Assembly (NCBI GenBank): GCA_964291655.2
Contig: OZ219801.1
Span: forward strand, 512,001-576,000
Direction: 5' to 3'
Source: Chloroflexota bacterium
GTDB lineage: Bacteria; Chloroflexota; UBA11872; VXOZ01
DNA length: 64,000 bases
Numbering within the stretch: the stretch's first letter is position 1; every line of letters begins with the position of its first letter. This document shows, piece by piece, positions 22,062-32,173 of this stretch. Position numbers and translations under genes: made by a program. The notes beneath the pieces were generated by a model that ran no database searches, was not told the origin of the DNA, and saw nothing but the letters and a program-made list of their open reading frames with translations.

Positions 22062-22652
22062 TTAGCGGGACTGGTACCAGACATGAAAGACGCGCTGCAC
22101 GGTCGTGAGCAGCGTGAGTACCGCCAGCATCCATATGACGATCTTTAGCACAATACCTAGAGAGTCCGGGAACAACAACGCCAAGCCGAGTGCGATTACG
22201 CGTTCCGGACGCTGAAACCATCCTACTGTGCAGGAAAGCCCTAACCCCTCCGCGCGGGCGCGCGTGTAGCTCACCATCTGGGACCCTACAAGCATGAGCG
22301 CGATGCCTAGCACAGTCAGGTCGTCCTGCCGGGCGAGGAAGTACCCGATCAACCCCAGGCATATTGCAGCTTCAGACAGCCTGTCCAGGGTCGAATCAAA
22401 GAATGCCCCAAAAGTGGTGCCCCGGTCGCTCACCCGCGCCAGCGCACCATCCACCATATCAAATGCACTGGCAACCAGCACGAGAATCGCGGCCCAGGGC
22501 CACACTCCCTGCCAGACCGCCGCAGCCGCCACGAGGCTAAGTACAAAGCCAAGAGTCGTGACTGTATTTGGCTGAATACCAATACGTGCGAGTGGGCGAA
22601 CCAGCGCCTCCATGGCAGTCTGCGCCCAGGCACGGACGCCTGGATGAATCAT
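22062..22652 (-). CDS. pgsA: CDP-alcohol phosphatidyltransferase (PI/PIP synthase, PgsA1-like)
   Basis: PNTVT, DMVDGALAR...FGAFFDSTLDR, VSYTRARAE, RPER; in an operon with ino1. Confidence 0.85.
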   Translation of the reverse strand: MIHPGVRAWAQTAMEALVRPLARIGIQPNTVTTLGFVLSLVAAAAVWQGVWPWAAILVLVASAFDMVDGALARVSDRGTTFGAFFDSTLDRLSEAAICLGLIGYFLARQDDLTVLGIALMLVGSQMVSYTRARAEGLGLSCTVGWFQRPERVIALGLALLFPDSLGIVLKIVIWMLAVLTLLTTVQRVFHVWYQSR

Positions 22653-22719
22653 GATTCACACTGCTCCATTGACGTGCACCGTAACCTTGCTTGCCTCTTG
22701 CGGTCCAGGATCACTGTGC

Positions 22720-23901
22720 TCATTCCTTTCTACGCCGCTCGACTCTTGCCCAGTCAAAGCGGCGGCTGCGCGGCCTTGCGCTGGCGATGGTCTCTTCATA
22801 GAACGCAACCAACTGAGTCGCGATCTTCTCCCAAGAATAGCCTTGCGCCGCGTGTAATCCCTTGGCGCCAGTCTCGTCGCGAAGCGATTCATGGCCAAGG
22901 AAGCGCATGAGCGTCCGAGCCAAAGCTGCTTCATCTTGCGGGGGAACCAGCTCGCCGGCTCCTGTGCCATCCAGCACTCCACGATACCCTTCAATGCTGG
23001 ACGCCACGACCGGCTTGCCGGCAGCCATGGCCTCGAGCAAGACGATGCCCTGGCTTTCGCCGCCGGTAGACGGCGCGCAAAACACATGGCATGACTTGTA
23101 GTAACGTACCTTCTCTTCTCTACTTACAAACCCGACGAAAAGCACATTCGACAAGCCAAGCTGAGCAACTCTCTTCTCATACTCGCCGCGCTGTTCCTCT
23201 GTGAACGCACCCACAACAATAAGGCGAACGTCATAGGTGCCGCTCTCCTGCACAATTCGCAGTGCCTGCAAAAGGTATGTCAATCCTTTGCGTTTCTCCA
23301 GCCGTCCGACAAACAGTATGTTGAGCATACCGTCATCTAGATTGGGAAAAGGAGGCAACGCGCTTTGGAAGAGCTGCATGTCGATGCCATTGGGAATGAT
23401 GCGGTACCTGGCGGGAAAGTAGCGTTCAATCAGCTCGCGGGCCGCATCAGATACGGCAACCCGTCCCTGCAATCGATTGAAGTACCGCTTCAACAATGGT
23501 TTGCCGTAAAGATACGCGAAGTGGGAGCGCCGGTAGGTATGGAATGTCCCGACGTTTACTGTCCGGGAGTGACGGAGCACCGTGATAGGCAACGCCGGTG
23601 CGAGCGGCTCGTGCAGGTGCACCACGTCGAACCGCTCATTGGCGAGAATTTCCTTCACCTGACGCGAGAGCGTGAGCGAGAGCGAAATGCGCGCCACTGA
23701 GGCATTCGTCGGAACCCTGACGATCGTCTTCCCAACCCGGTAAAGGTTTTCGTAGGGCAATTCTTCTTCAGGCTGGGATGAAGGCGCAAGTATGCGGACC
23801 TCATGCCCCATACCTTGAAACTGCCCATTGAGGTGACTGATGTGCTCGGTCACACCACCGGGATATGCATAGTCGTATGGTGAAACGAGGGCAATCTTCA
23901 T
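22720..23901 (-). CDS. pimA: GT4 glycosyltransferase, PimA-like phosphatidylinositol mannosyltransferase
   Basis: MKIALVSPYD..YPGGV, VVHLHEP, TFHT, GRLEKRKG, APSTGGESQGIVLLEAMAAG. Confidence 0.75.
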   Translation of the reverse strand: MKIALVSPYDYAYPGGVTEHISHLNGQFQGMGHEVRILAPSSQPEEELPYENLYRVGKTIVRVPTNASVARISLSLTLSRQVKEILANERFDVVHLHEPLAPALPITVLRHSRTVNVGTFHTYRRSHFAYLYGKPLLKRYFNRLQGRVAVSDAARELIERYFPARYRIIPNGIDMQLFQSALPPFPNLDDGMLNILFVGRLEKRKGLTYLLQALRIVQESGTYDVRLIVVGAFTEEQRGEYEKRVAQLGLSNVLFVGFVSREEKVRYYKSCHVFCAPSTGGESQGIVLLEAMAAGKPVVASSIEGYRGVLDGTGAGELVPPQDEAALARTLMRFLGHESLRDETGAKGLHAAQGYSWEKIATQLVAFYEETIASARPRSRRFDWARVERRRKE

Positions 23902-23909
23902 GCTCCGCC

Positions 23910-24653
23910 TCACTTTCCGGGAACGAGCGTCTGTCCCAGCCAATCCGCATACCGTCGCATTTTGCGCCGAAAGTAGAGCATAGACTCATCTAGATCAAAG
24001 TACCCGCCGCACGCCATCGTCGTCTTGTGTTTGATTGCTTCCCGCACGTCATTGGCTGTCTTGCCGGGGAAGACGGTGTGCGCCTTGCCAATCCCCTCTA
24101 AAATGTGCGCGTCACTGCCGCCTACCTGGGGCAGGTCAAGTCTCTGTTGAATCTCAAGCGCTTTCTCGTAGCTCATCTTGCCCGCCGGGCTCGCATTCAT
24201 GACTTCGATAGCGTCGAACCAGTACCCTTTTCTCGCCAAGCGATTGAAAGTGTACTGCCGAAAGCTAAGGGTCAACCAAGACATCGGGTGAGGCACAATC
24301 ACTAATCCGCCCTGCTCTCGTATGGCATCGATGGTCCACTCAGCACTGCGCAAGACCGGAAACGCCGTCTCTACCCACAAGCCTATGAGGTGGCCGTCGA
24401 AGGTGGATACCTCGATACCTGGGATCACCTCCACACCCGGGAATTGGTCGGCGAGCGCCGCCGCCTCCAGTGCGCCGTCAATTTCATCGTGGTCCGTGAC
24501 CGCAAGAACCGCTATATCTGTCTCGGCACTTACATATTCCAGCATCTCAAAGGGCGTAAACGTGCCGTCACTCGCCTTCGTGTGGATGTGCAGGTCCGCC
24601 TTGCTGGCAAGGGTCGGGCCTAACAATTCTTCTGGAGACGGTCGCATTCGCAT
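23910..24653 (-). CDS. PHP-domain metal-dependent phosphoesterase
   Basis: ADLHIHT..SDG, VTDHD, GIEVST..GH, PHP, GGSDAH; AGGAGGGG RBS before the ATG at 24653. Confidence 0.88.
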   Translation of the reverse strand: MRMRPSPEELLGPTLASKADLHIHTKASDGTFTPFEMLEYVSAETDIAVLAVTDHDEIDGALEAAALADQFPGVEVIPGIEVSTFDGHLIGLWVETAFPVLRSAEWTIDAIREQGGLVIVPHPMSWLTLSFRQYTFNRLARKGYWFDAIEVMNASPAGKMSYEKALEIQQRLDLPQVGGSDAHILEGIGKAHTVFPGKTANDVREAIKHKTTMACGGYFDLDESMLYFRRKMRRYADWLGQTLVPGK

Positions 24654-24664
24654 ACCCCTCCTAC

Positions 24665-25576
24665 CTATGCCTGTCCCGTGCCGGGGGCCTCGGAGCAAAG
24701 AGGTCGGGCCCACATAGGACGAAACATGTACCACTGCTCCGGACACGAGCGAATCATCTCTTCCAACAATCCTGCAAGTTGCTGCATGGTGGCTTGTATG
24801 TCGCTCTTCTCATCGTCACTGGGAACGGCGTAAATGGGCGGGTAGACGGTGACAGCCAAGCCATTTCCCTCACTGCGCCGGCACTGACACATCACGAGCG
24901 GAGCTCCGGTGCGCAATGCCAGCGCGGCCGGGCCGGCGGGAAGAAACGCCTGACTCCCGAAAAATGTAACAGGAACGCCGCGGCCGCCCATCGGCCGATC
25001 AAACAGCAGTCCTACCACACGATTGGCTTGCAGTTGCCGCAACATGGCGCGCAGCCCGCTCTCCACCGGCACCGTATCAATACCTAAACGCTCACGCACT
25101 CTGCGCACGATCCAATCAATCGTCCCACTACCAAACTGGTCCACTGGGATCAGAACCGGAAATCGTTGCGCCAGCATTGCGCCGCCTAAGTCCCAGAGCC
25201 CAAAGTGACCGGAGAGGAAAATCACGCCCTTGCCTGCCTTCAGGGCCTCAGTGAGATATTCTTCCCCTTGAAACTCGCGCACCCGCTGCTCCAAGCGCTC
25301 TGGGGTCATCCGCATCCAGCTCAGAAAGTCGGCTAAGTACCAGCCGTAGTTCTCCATAGACTTCCTGGCCACTCGCCGCGTCTCCGGATGCAGCAACGGC
25401 TTTCCCAACACATGAGACATATTGGCCATTGCGTTTTCGCGACCTGTCCGCCAAACACGAAAGACCGCCCGGGCCAGCAGACTCGCCATGCGATACTTGA
25501 TAGACTGCGGCAAAGCGCCGTCAAGTGTGGCACCCGTTACCAACAAGAGCCGTCCAGTCAGGCCACTCATCGTCAT
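24665..25576 (-). CDS. PatA/HtrB-like acyltransferase
   Basis: GKGVIFLSGHFGLWDLGG (HxxxxD), DR..G..V.FFG, PAGPAALALRTGAP, PEQW..F.P.W. Confidence 0.85.
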   Translation of the reverse strand: MTMSGLTGRLLLVTGATLDGALPQSIKYRMASLLARAVFRVWRTGRENAMANMSHVLGKPLLHPETRRVARKSMENYGWYLADFLSWMRMTPERLEQRVREFQGEEYLTEALKAGKGVIFLSGHFGLWDLGGAMLAQRFPVLIPVDQFGSGTIDWIVRRVRERLGIDTVPVESGLRAMLRQLQANRVVGLLFDRPMGGRGVPVTFFGSQAFLPAGPAALALRTGAPLVMCQCRRSEGNGLAVTVYPPIYAVPSDDEKSDIQATMQQLAGLLEEMIRSCPEQWYMFRPMWARPLCSEAPGTGQA

Positions 25577-25591
25577 GACACGAACTCTCAG

Positions 25592-26710
25592 CTATGCCTG
25601 TTGCTCCCCGCCCTGGAGGACGTGGCCCGCATCATCACCGGTTCCGGCAATGAATTCCTCGAGCAAATCCCGCGCGCGCTCATCAGTAATCTGCTGTGGG
25701 GGCGACTTCATAAGATAGGCCGACGCCGCGACCAATGTGCCGCTGAGACTGCGGTCGAGCCCGATCTTGGCGAGCCGCACGGCATCGATGACCACACCGG
25801 CCGAATTCGGTGAGTCCCACACCTCCAGCTTGATCTCTGCCCGCAGTGGAACGTCGCCAAAGGCCTTACCGTTCATATGAATATATGCCCACTTGCGGTC
25901 CTGCAGAAACGGCACGTGATCGCTGGGACCAATGTAGACGTTGCCTTCGCCGGGATCGTAATCCAACAGCGAGGTTACCGCGTTCGTCTTGGACTCCTTC
26001 TTGGAGCTCAAACGAGAGCGCTCCAACATGTTGAGAAAGTCGGTATTGCCTCCGACGTTGAGCTGGCTCGTCTCCTCCAAGCGTACACCGCGGTCCCGGA
26101 AGAGCCGCGCCAAGGTGCGATGGACAATCGTTGCCCCAACCTGGGACTTGATGTCATCGCCAACAATTGGGACCCCTGCTTCATGAAAGCGCCGTTGCCA
26201 GTAGGGCTCACGGCCGATAAAGACCGGAATGCAGTTCACGAAAGCGCAACCGGCGCGCAATACCTGCTCCACGTACCACTTCGTCGCTTCTTCGCTGCCT
26301 ACCGGCAGATAGCTTACTAGGACATCCGTGCCGGTGTCTTTCAAAATGCTCACAATATCGTCCGTGGATCCGGGCGCTTTGTGCACGACCTCGCTGAGAT
26401 ACTGACCGATACCATCGTGGGTCATGCCGCGATGGACCGACACGCCAAGCGGCTCAACCTCCGAAAACTTGATCGTGTTATTCGGCGGCTGCCAGATCGC
26501 CTCGCCAAGGTCCTTGCCAACTTTGTTTTCATCAACGTCAAAGGCAGCGGAAAACTCAATGTCGCTCACGTGATAGTCACCCAGCCGCACGTGCATGAGA
26601 CCGGGAACGAAGTCCGAGTCCGCTGCGTTTCGGTAATATTGGACACCCTGGATTAGAGACGACGCGCAGTTTCCTACGCCGACTATCGCCACCCGTACCT
26701 TACTTCTCAC
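25592..26710 (-). CDS. ino1: inositol-3-phosphate synthase
   Basis: [50 protein letters not shown]; GTG start at 26710 with GGGAG RBS. Confidence 0.95.
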   Translation of the reverse strand: MRSKVRVAIVGVGNCASSLIQGVQYYRNAADSDFVPGLMHVRLGDYHVSDIEFSAAFDVDENKVGKDLGEAIWQPPNNTIKFSEVEPLGVSVHRGMTHDGIGQYLSEVVHKAPGSTDDIVSILKDTGTDVLVSYLPVGSEEATKWYVEQVLRAGCAFVNCIPVFIGREPYWQRRFHEAGVPIVGDDIKSQVGATIVHRTLARLFRDRGVRLEETSQLNVGGNTDFLNMLERSRLSSKKESKTNAVTSLLDYDPGEGNVYIGPSDHVPFLQDRKWAYIHMNGKAFGDVPLRAEIKLEVWDSPNSAGVVIDAVRLAKIGLDRSLSGTLVAASAYLMKSPPQQITDERARDLLEEFIAGTGDDAGHVLQGGEQQA

Positions 26711-26816
26711 CGGTTCTTTTCTCCCTAAGATTGTTGCAATTCTTCCAGTCGACTCTTGAATGTGCACTCTCCACGGCGCGCACACCCATGTCCTCCGCTA
26801 AGTTTCGTCGCTCTAG

Positions 26817-27143
26817 CTAAGACGAACTCGCAGTCTGCTCAGCGAGCGCTGCCTCCGCATCTTGTTCGGTTGCCAACAGATCGTCTAGTCCCTGGGAGAC
26901 CTGCTGGAATCCGGTCCGGTTCAGCGCGTAGTGCACCTGTCGCCCGTCCTTCCGCGCATCCACCAGGTTGGCACGGCGCAATATGCTCAAGTGCCACGAA
27001 AGCAAGGGCTGGCTAAGCCGTATTTGCACCCGCAATTCGGTCACCGTCATGCTCTCTTCAGCGGCAAGGAGATGAAGAATCTCCAAGCGAGAACGACTGG
27101 CAAGCGCGCGAAGTTGCCTGCTGAGGTCTCGAACCGGTTGCAT
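26817..27143 (-). CDS. ArsR/SmtB-family transcriptional regulator
   Basis: LRALA..SRLEIL, SQPLLSWHLSILRRANLV..RKDGRQVHY. Confidence 0.88.
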   Translation of the reverse strand: MQPVRDLSRQLRALASRSRLEILHLLAAEESMTVTELRVQIRLSQPLLSWHLSILRRANLVDARKDGRQVHYALNRTGFQQVSQGLDDLLATEQDAEAALAEQTASSS

Positions 27144-27184
27144 TACTACTCCTCGTCAAAATGCGACCACTACGCCTATAATAT

Positions 27185-27247
27185 ATCAATTATCGTTGAA
27201 GTGATTTTTCTTTATATTATCTTGAACTCTCGGTTGCGTCAAGATAA
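27185..27247. promoter_or_regulatory. inverted-repeat operators in the arsR/GT4 divergent region
   Basis: ATCAA-N6-TTGAA (27185-27200) and perfect TTATCTTGA-N13-TCAAGATAA (27217-27247) in an AT-rich stretch. Confidence 0.5.
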
Positions 27248-27368
27248 ACGGAGGCTAGATTCGCTCCCAAGTCGTCGTCTCTCTCGGCAGGGAGAACTCC
27301 TCAGCGAACATTGCTGGGTTGTGCCGCCTTTGTCCCCCCAGGGGGCACTTTGCTAGCATAGAATCAAC

Positions 27369-28481
27369 ATGCAAGTGGCACTAGCGCACGATTACTTCTT
27401 TGCCCTGGGGGGCGCCGAGCAGACCGTGGCGGTCATGCACGGGCTTTGGCCCCAAGCGCCCGTATACACTTCTTTCATTGACCGCGGCACGTTCCCGGTG
27501 GACGTGACCGCGTGGGACATGCGGACCTCATTTCTCCAGCGCATTCCTCATCCTGCGCGCGTACAAAAGTTGCTTACACCGCTCTACCCGCTTGCTTTTC
27601 GCAGCTTTGATATGGAGTCATTCGACGTGGTCATCTCATCGGCCAGTTTCGCCGCAAAAGGCATTCCACGGCGGCCAAACACCTTGCACATCAGCTACTG
27701 TTATACGCCCCCGCGCTTCCTTTGGGGCATGACGCCGGCCACAGACCGCGGTCAGATGTCCCGGCCGCTCCGCAGTCTCGACGCCTTGCTCCGCCCGCCA
27801 TTGCGTCGTTGGGACCTTTGGGCGGCGGCGCAGCCGCACCATCTGGTGGCGATCTCGCGCACCGTGGCGGCACGCATTCGCCGCGTCTACGGCATCGAGG
27901 CGCCCGTCATCTATCCGCCCGTCGCCACGGGCCGCTTTGGCTCGCAGCCCTGCCGCGATGACGGGTATTATGCATTTGTAGGGAGGCTGGAAGCCCACAA
28001 GCACGTGGACCTCGCAGTCGCTGCCGCTCAGGAAGCGCACGTTCCCTTGCGCGTTATCGGCGACGGGCCTCTACGAGAGACTCTGGCCAAATCGGCGCCG
28101 GCCAACGTATCAATCCTTGGCTGGCTGCCGGAGCAGGAGTTGGCCGCACAACTTGCCGGCTGCCGTGCCCTGCTCTTTCCGGGTGAAGAGGACTTTGGCA
28201 TCGTCATGGTGGAAGCCCTGAGCGCCGGCAAGCCCGTCATCGCCTTTGGCGCGGGCGGCGCAACCGAAATCGTGCAGCCGGGTGTAAACGGCTTACTCGT
28301 ACCGGAGCAGTCCGAAACCGCGTTTGCACAAGTGCTCCGGGACTTCGACCCAGATCGATTCGCGCCTGACGTATGCCGCGAAACTGCCGCACGTTTTGAC
28401 GAATCTGTGTTTGCCGGCAAGTTCAAGGAATTCGTCGAGGCAAAGTGGACTGAGTTCAAACAGGACATTCAAGACAACTAG
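27369..28481 (+). CDS. GT4 glycosyltransferase
   Basis: VALAHDY...GGAE, YCYTPPR, VIYPPV, EEDFGIVMVEA..GKPVIA. Confidence 0.9.
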   Translation: MQVALAHDYFFALGGAEQTVAVMHGLWPQAPVYTSFIDRGTFPVDVTAWDMRTSFLQRIPHPARVQKLLTPLYPLAFRSFDMESFDVVISSASFAAKGIPRRPNTLHISYCYTPPRFLWGMTPATDRGQMSRPLRSLDALLRPPLRRWDLWAAAQPHHLVAISRTVAARIRRVYGIEAPVIYPPVATGRFGSQPCRDDGYYAFVGRLEAHKHVDLAVAAAQEAHVPLRVIGDGPLRETLAKSAPANVSILGWLPEQELAAQLAGCRALLFPGEEDFGIVMVEALSAGKPVIAFGAGGATEIVQPGVNGLLVPEQSETAFAQVLRDFDPDRFAPDVCRETAARFDESVFAGKFKEFVEAKWTEFKQDIQDN

Positions 28482-28519
28482 GAGCTATCTCATAGATCTG
28501 TCCGCTAAGCCAAATCGTG

Positions 28520-28716
28520 TTTCGACACTTCGGCACGCTTGTGCTGAGTACTTCGACAAGCTCAGTACAGGCTTTGTCGCAGTGCTCAGAACCGCCAAGG
28601 TCTTCGCGCAGTACTCAGCACGAACAGTATCCTGCCTATTTCCTTCACCCCGAGCCTGTCGATTTCCGTTCGCCCTGAGCCTGTCATATTCCGTTCGCCC
28701 TGAGCCTGTCGAAGGG
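28520..28716. repeat. cluster of CTTCGACAAGCTCAG / CTGAGCCTGTCGAAGGG REP-like units, including three ~25-bp tandem copies
   Basis: TTCCGTTCGCCCTGAGCCTGTC at 28664-28685 and 28689-28710, degenerate copy at 28640-28660; same family inverted at 63852-63871. Confidence 0.75.
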
Positions 28717-28762
28717 CAGGTCTACACAGAGCCATGTACATTCGAGGCAAGTTCCTATCAAA

Positions 28763-29506
28763 ATGAACGATAGCAAGCCCCCCAGTGCCGACGTGCTGGG
28801 CGTGCGCGTGGACTGCGTAACCGTATCCCAGGCGCTCGACCATTGTGCACAATTGCTCGATACCGACGGCCACCACCAGGTGGTAACGCTCAACTCTGAA
28901 TTCGTGATGTACGCCCAGCACGACGCTTCCTTTCGCGCGCTTGTTCGCGAGACCGACCTCGTCGTACCGGACGGCGCCGGCATCGTGTGGGCTGTACGCC
29001 GCCAAGGCAAAGCCAATATCGAACGCGTGACGGGCGTTGACTTGATGCAAGATCTTTGTATCCAGGCCGCTCAGCAGCAAATAGCTGTGTTTCTACTCGG
29101 CGCGGCTCCTGGGATTGCCGCACAAGCGGCAGCAACGCTGCAAGCAAAGATACCCGGCCTCGTGATGGCCGGCACGGCCGTCGGCGCACCTGATCCCGAT
29201 CAAGCTCCCGGACTATGCGCGCAGGTCCGCGAGTCAGGCGCTGGTATGCTCTTCGTTGCCTTTGGCTGTCCGGCGCAGGATTTCTGGATTCAGAAGTACC
29301 AGGAGAAAACTGGCGCGCGCTTGGCAATGGGCGTCGGCGGGAGCTTTGACTATGTCTCCGGCACAGTGGCGCGCGCTCCACTTTGGATTCAGCGGATAAA
29401 CCTTGAATGGTGTTATCGTTTGGTGCGGCAGCCTTGGCGCTGGCGCCGACAGCGTGTGCTCATCGCCTATCTGTGGAGAGTCTTGCGGGAGAAATCATCT
29501 CAATGA
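28763..29506 (+). CDS. WecB/TagA/CpsF-family glycosyltransferase
   Basis: VVTLNSE, PDGAG, ERVTGVDL, VAFGCPAQD.W, MGVGGSFD, RAP.W..LEW.YRL..QPWR. Confidence 0.93.
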   Translation: MNDSKPPSADVLGVRVDCVTVSQALDHCAQLLDTDGHHQVVTLNSEFVMYAQHDASFRALVRETDLVVPDGAGIVWAVRRQGKANIERVTGVDLMQDLCIQAAQQQIAVFLLGAAPGIAAQAAATLQAKIPGLVMAGTAVGAPDPDQAPGLCAQVRESGAGMLFVAFGCPAQDFWIQKYQEKTGARLAMGVGGSFDYVSGTVARAPLWIQRINLEWCYRLVRQPWRWRRQRVLIAYLWRVLREKSSQ

Positions 29507-29614
29507 GCCGAGCAATGCGGGCGGCTATAATGCACCTTGGATGCTGTCCGATCGCTCGCAACTCCAGCACGTGCACTAAGTGATCCCAGTAACGCGCACT
29601 AGTGATGAGAACCG

Positions 29615-30616
29615 ATGAAAGTCCCCACCCGAGAGGACACACGAATACACAATGAGGTGCTGGTAGTTGGCAGCGTCAACACAGACCTCGTGGTGTCGGT
29701 GCCAACGCTCCCCCAAGCGGGAGAGACCGTGCTCGGCGACGACTTGCAGCGAATCGGTGGTGGCAAGGGAGCCAATCAGGCAGTGGCTGCCGCACGCTTG
29801 GGGGCGCGCACCGCTTTCCTCGGCTGCGTCGGGGCCGACGCGTTTGGCGATGCGCGCAAGTCAGAGCTAGAATCATACGGTGTCGCCATTGACTCCGTAG
29901 TTGAAGACCCTGTTCGACCGACGGGAACGGCGCTCATTCTCGTGGATGGCCAGGGTGACAATGCCATTGCCGTATCCCCAGGCGCCAATGCCGCGCTCAC
30001 GCCGTCTCACATAACTGACGCAAAGTCGCTCTTTGCGCACAGCAGCGTGCTTATCTGCCAACTTGAAATCCCGCTCGATACGGTACGTACCGCCCTTGAG
30101 CAGGCCCGCGCACACGACATGGAGACCATTCTGAACGCCGCACCCGGCACCGCTGAGGCAGCAGCGCTACTGCCTTTGACAGACATACTTGTCGTGAATC
30201 GAGCAGAGGCCGCGAGTCTTGTCGGCCGCCCGGTGCAGACGACAGCCGCAGCGCAGGTGGCCGCGCAAGAGCTAAGCAAACACGTTCGGCGCGCAGCCGT
30301 CCTTACGCTTGGCGCGGAAGGCAGCATCCTGGCTACACATGACAGTGTGTCGCACGTCCCGGCCTGGCGGGTGCCTACGGTTGACGCCACCGCCGCGGGT
30401 GACGCCTTTGTCGGCTCGTTGGCAGCAGCGCTCGCGCGCGGTGAAGAGCTAGCAGACGCCGCCCGCTACGCCACAGCGTCGGCCGCAATCGCAGTCGGCC
30501 GATTCGGCGCGCAACCGTCACTGACTACCAGCCATGAAGTCGCCGCTTTTCTCGCTCATCCGCCTCTTGCTGAACGCGCCAACGGCTGCCAACATGAGGA
30601 GAGGAACTGCTCGTGA
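29615..30616 (+). CDS. rbsK: ribokinase
   Basis: VVGSVNTDL, P..GETV, GGKGANQAVAAARLG, QLEIP, LNAAP, DATAAGDAF. Confidence 0.85.
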   Translation: MKVPTREDTRIHNEVLVVGSVNTDLVVSVPTLPQAGETVLGDDLQRIGGGKGANQAVAAARLGARTAFLGCVGADAFGDARKSELESYGVAIDSVVEDPVRPTGTALILVDGQGDNAIAVSPGANAALTPSHITDAKSLFAHSSVLICQLEIPLDTVRTALEQARAHDMETILNAAPGTAEAAALLPLTDILVVNRAEAASLVGRPVQTTAAAQVAAQELSKHVRRAAVLTLGAEGSILATHDSVSHVPAWRVPTVDATAAGDAFVGSLAAALARGEELADAARYATASAAIAVGRFGAQPSLTTSHEVAAFLAHPPLAERANGCQHEERNCS

Positions 30617-30638
30617 ACGTTCCACTGGAGGCGCTCCG

Positions 30639-31652
30639 ATGACAACACCTCAATGGCAAGACGCCCTGGAGCGCTTTGCAAGCCAGCGGATTCTCGTAAT
30701 TGGCGACATGGTGGCCGACGAGCACATCTTTACGCGCGCAAGCGGCATGTCGCGCGAAGCGCCGTTGCCGGTCCTTCATTATGTAGACCGAAAGCTCGTT
30801 CCCGGTGGGGCAACGAATGTTGCTCGCAATGCCCGTGCACTCGGCGCGGAAGTCTGGGTGTCGGGCGTAATTGGGAACGACCACATAGGGCGCGATCTCC
30901 GACAGTTGCTGGAGGACGACGGCATTCACTGCAGTCAGCTTCTTGCCGCAGAGGATCGCCTAACTTCAACCAAGACCCGCATTTGGGCCGGCGGTGACCA
31001 GCAACCCGTGCAGCAGCAGGTTTGCCGCATTGATCGCGTCGAGAGAGACGCTGTCTCGTCAGACCTGTGCCAACGGATTATTTCGGGGCTGCATGACCGC
31101 ATTGCTCAAGTCGACGCCATTGTCGTGGCCGACTACGAAATAAGTATGATCGACGATGCCGTTATCGAGGCAGTCCTAAGCCTTGCCCGCGCGGAGGGCA
31201 AGCCGGTGACCGTGGACTCACACGGCAACCTCAGGCGCTTTCCCGGAGCCCACACATTCACGCCAAACCAACCGGAAGTGGAGTTCACGCTGGGACGAGC
31301 GCTTCAGTCAATTGCGGAATTGGAAGAGGCGGGAGCAGACCTACTCCAGTTACTTGAGACAAGTGTGCTGCTTGTAACTCGCGGCAATGAGGGCATGTCG
31401 CTCTTCACCGAGAATACGACCCCCTGCCACATACCGGCCCTGGGCGAGGACCGGGTGATTGATCCTACGGGCGCAGGCGATACGGTCTCAGCGGTGCTCA
31501 CGCTGGCGCTGCTGGCTGGTTTGCCGCCTGCTCGGGCTGCTATGCTGGCAGCAGCAGCAGCAAGCATCGTGGTGCGCAAGCTCGGTGCGGCGATTCCTAC
31601 CCATGCTGAAATCCTGGCGGTGCTGGCATCTGTGGAAGGCTTGGGCACGTGA
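30639..31652 (+). CDS. rfaE1: RfaE/HldE domain I-like sugar kinase
   Basis: ILVIGDMVADE, SREAPLPV, PGGATNVA, TKTRI, RIDR, TPN..E, VTRG..GM, DPTGAGDTV. Confidence 0.8.
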   Translation: MTTPQWQDALERFASQRILVIGDMVADEHIFTRASGMSREAPLPVLHYVDRKLVPGGATNVARNARALGAEVWVSGVIGNDHIGRDLRQLLEDDGIHCSQLLAAEDRLTSTKTRIWAGGDQQPVQQQVCRIDRVERDAVSSDLCQRIISGLHDRIAQVDAIVVADYEISMIDDAVIEAVLSLARAEGKPVTVDSHGNLRRFPGAHTFTPNQPEVEFTLGRALQSIAELEEAGADLLQLLETSVLLVTRGNEGMSLFTENTTPCHIPALGEDRVIDPTGAGDTVSAVLTLALLAGLPPARAAMLAAAAASIVVRKLGAAIPTHAEILAVLASVEGLGT

Positions 31653-32134
31653 CAGCGGCTAAGATCCTTTCCGAATCGGAGTTACAGCGCCAAGTCGACG
31701 CCCTCCGGCAACAAGGGAAGGTTGTCGTCTTTACCAATGGCTGTTTCGACTTGCTCCACGCGGGCCACGTCGCCTACCTGGAGAGCGCGCGAGCCCTTGG
31801 CGATGCACTCGTCGTCGCTGTCAATAGTGATCGATCCGTGCGCGCGCTCAAAGGGCCGACACGTCCCATCACTCGTGCCCAAGACCGATCGCGTCTACTC
31901 GCGGCGCTGGCGTGTGTGGATTGGGTGATCGTCTTCGACGATGCTACAGCGGAACGCTTGCTAAGCAGTCAGCAACCCGATATTTATGTCAAAGGCGGAG
32001 ACTACACGCGTTCCGAGCCGGTCGAAGCCGCCACGGTCAGAGAATATGGCGGCAGCGTGCGAATTCTGCCGTTCACTGCAGGGTACAGCACGACTGACCT
32101 CCTGCAGAGTATCATTGCCAAGGAAGAAGCGTAG
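31649..32134 (+). CDS. rfaE2: RfaE/HldE domain II-like nucleotidyltransferase
   Basis: VFTNGCFDLLHAGHV, VNSDRSVR.LKG..RP, YVKGGDY, STT. Confidence 0.9.
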   Translation: MTAAKILSESELQRQVDALRQQGKVVVFTNGCFDLLHAGHVAYLESARALGDALVVAVNSDRSVRALKGPTRPITRAQDRSRLLAALACVDWVIVFDDATAERLLSSQQPDIYVKGGDYTRSEPVEAATVREYGGSVRILPFTAGYSTTDLLQSIIAKEEA

Positions 32135-32173
32135 CGAATAAGACCCACCATAGAGTCAGGAGATGAACGTATC

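Noticed and set aside
28640-28716. Tandem 25-nt repeats as a CRISPR array
   Set aside because: Only 3-nt gaps, no unique spacers, no cas genes; matches a dispersed REP-like family.
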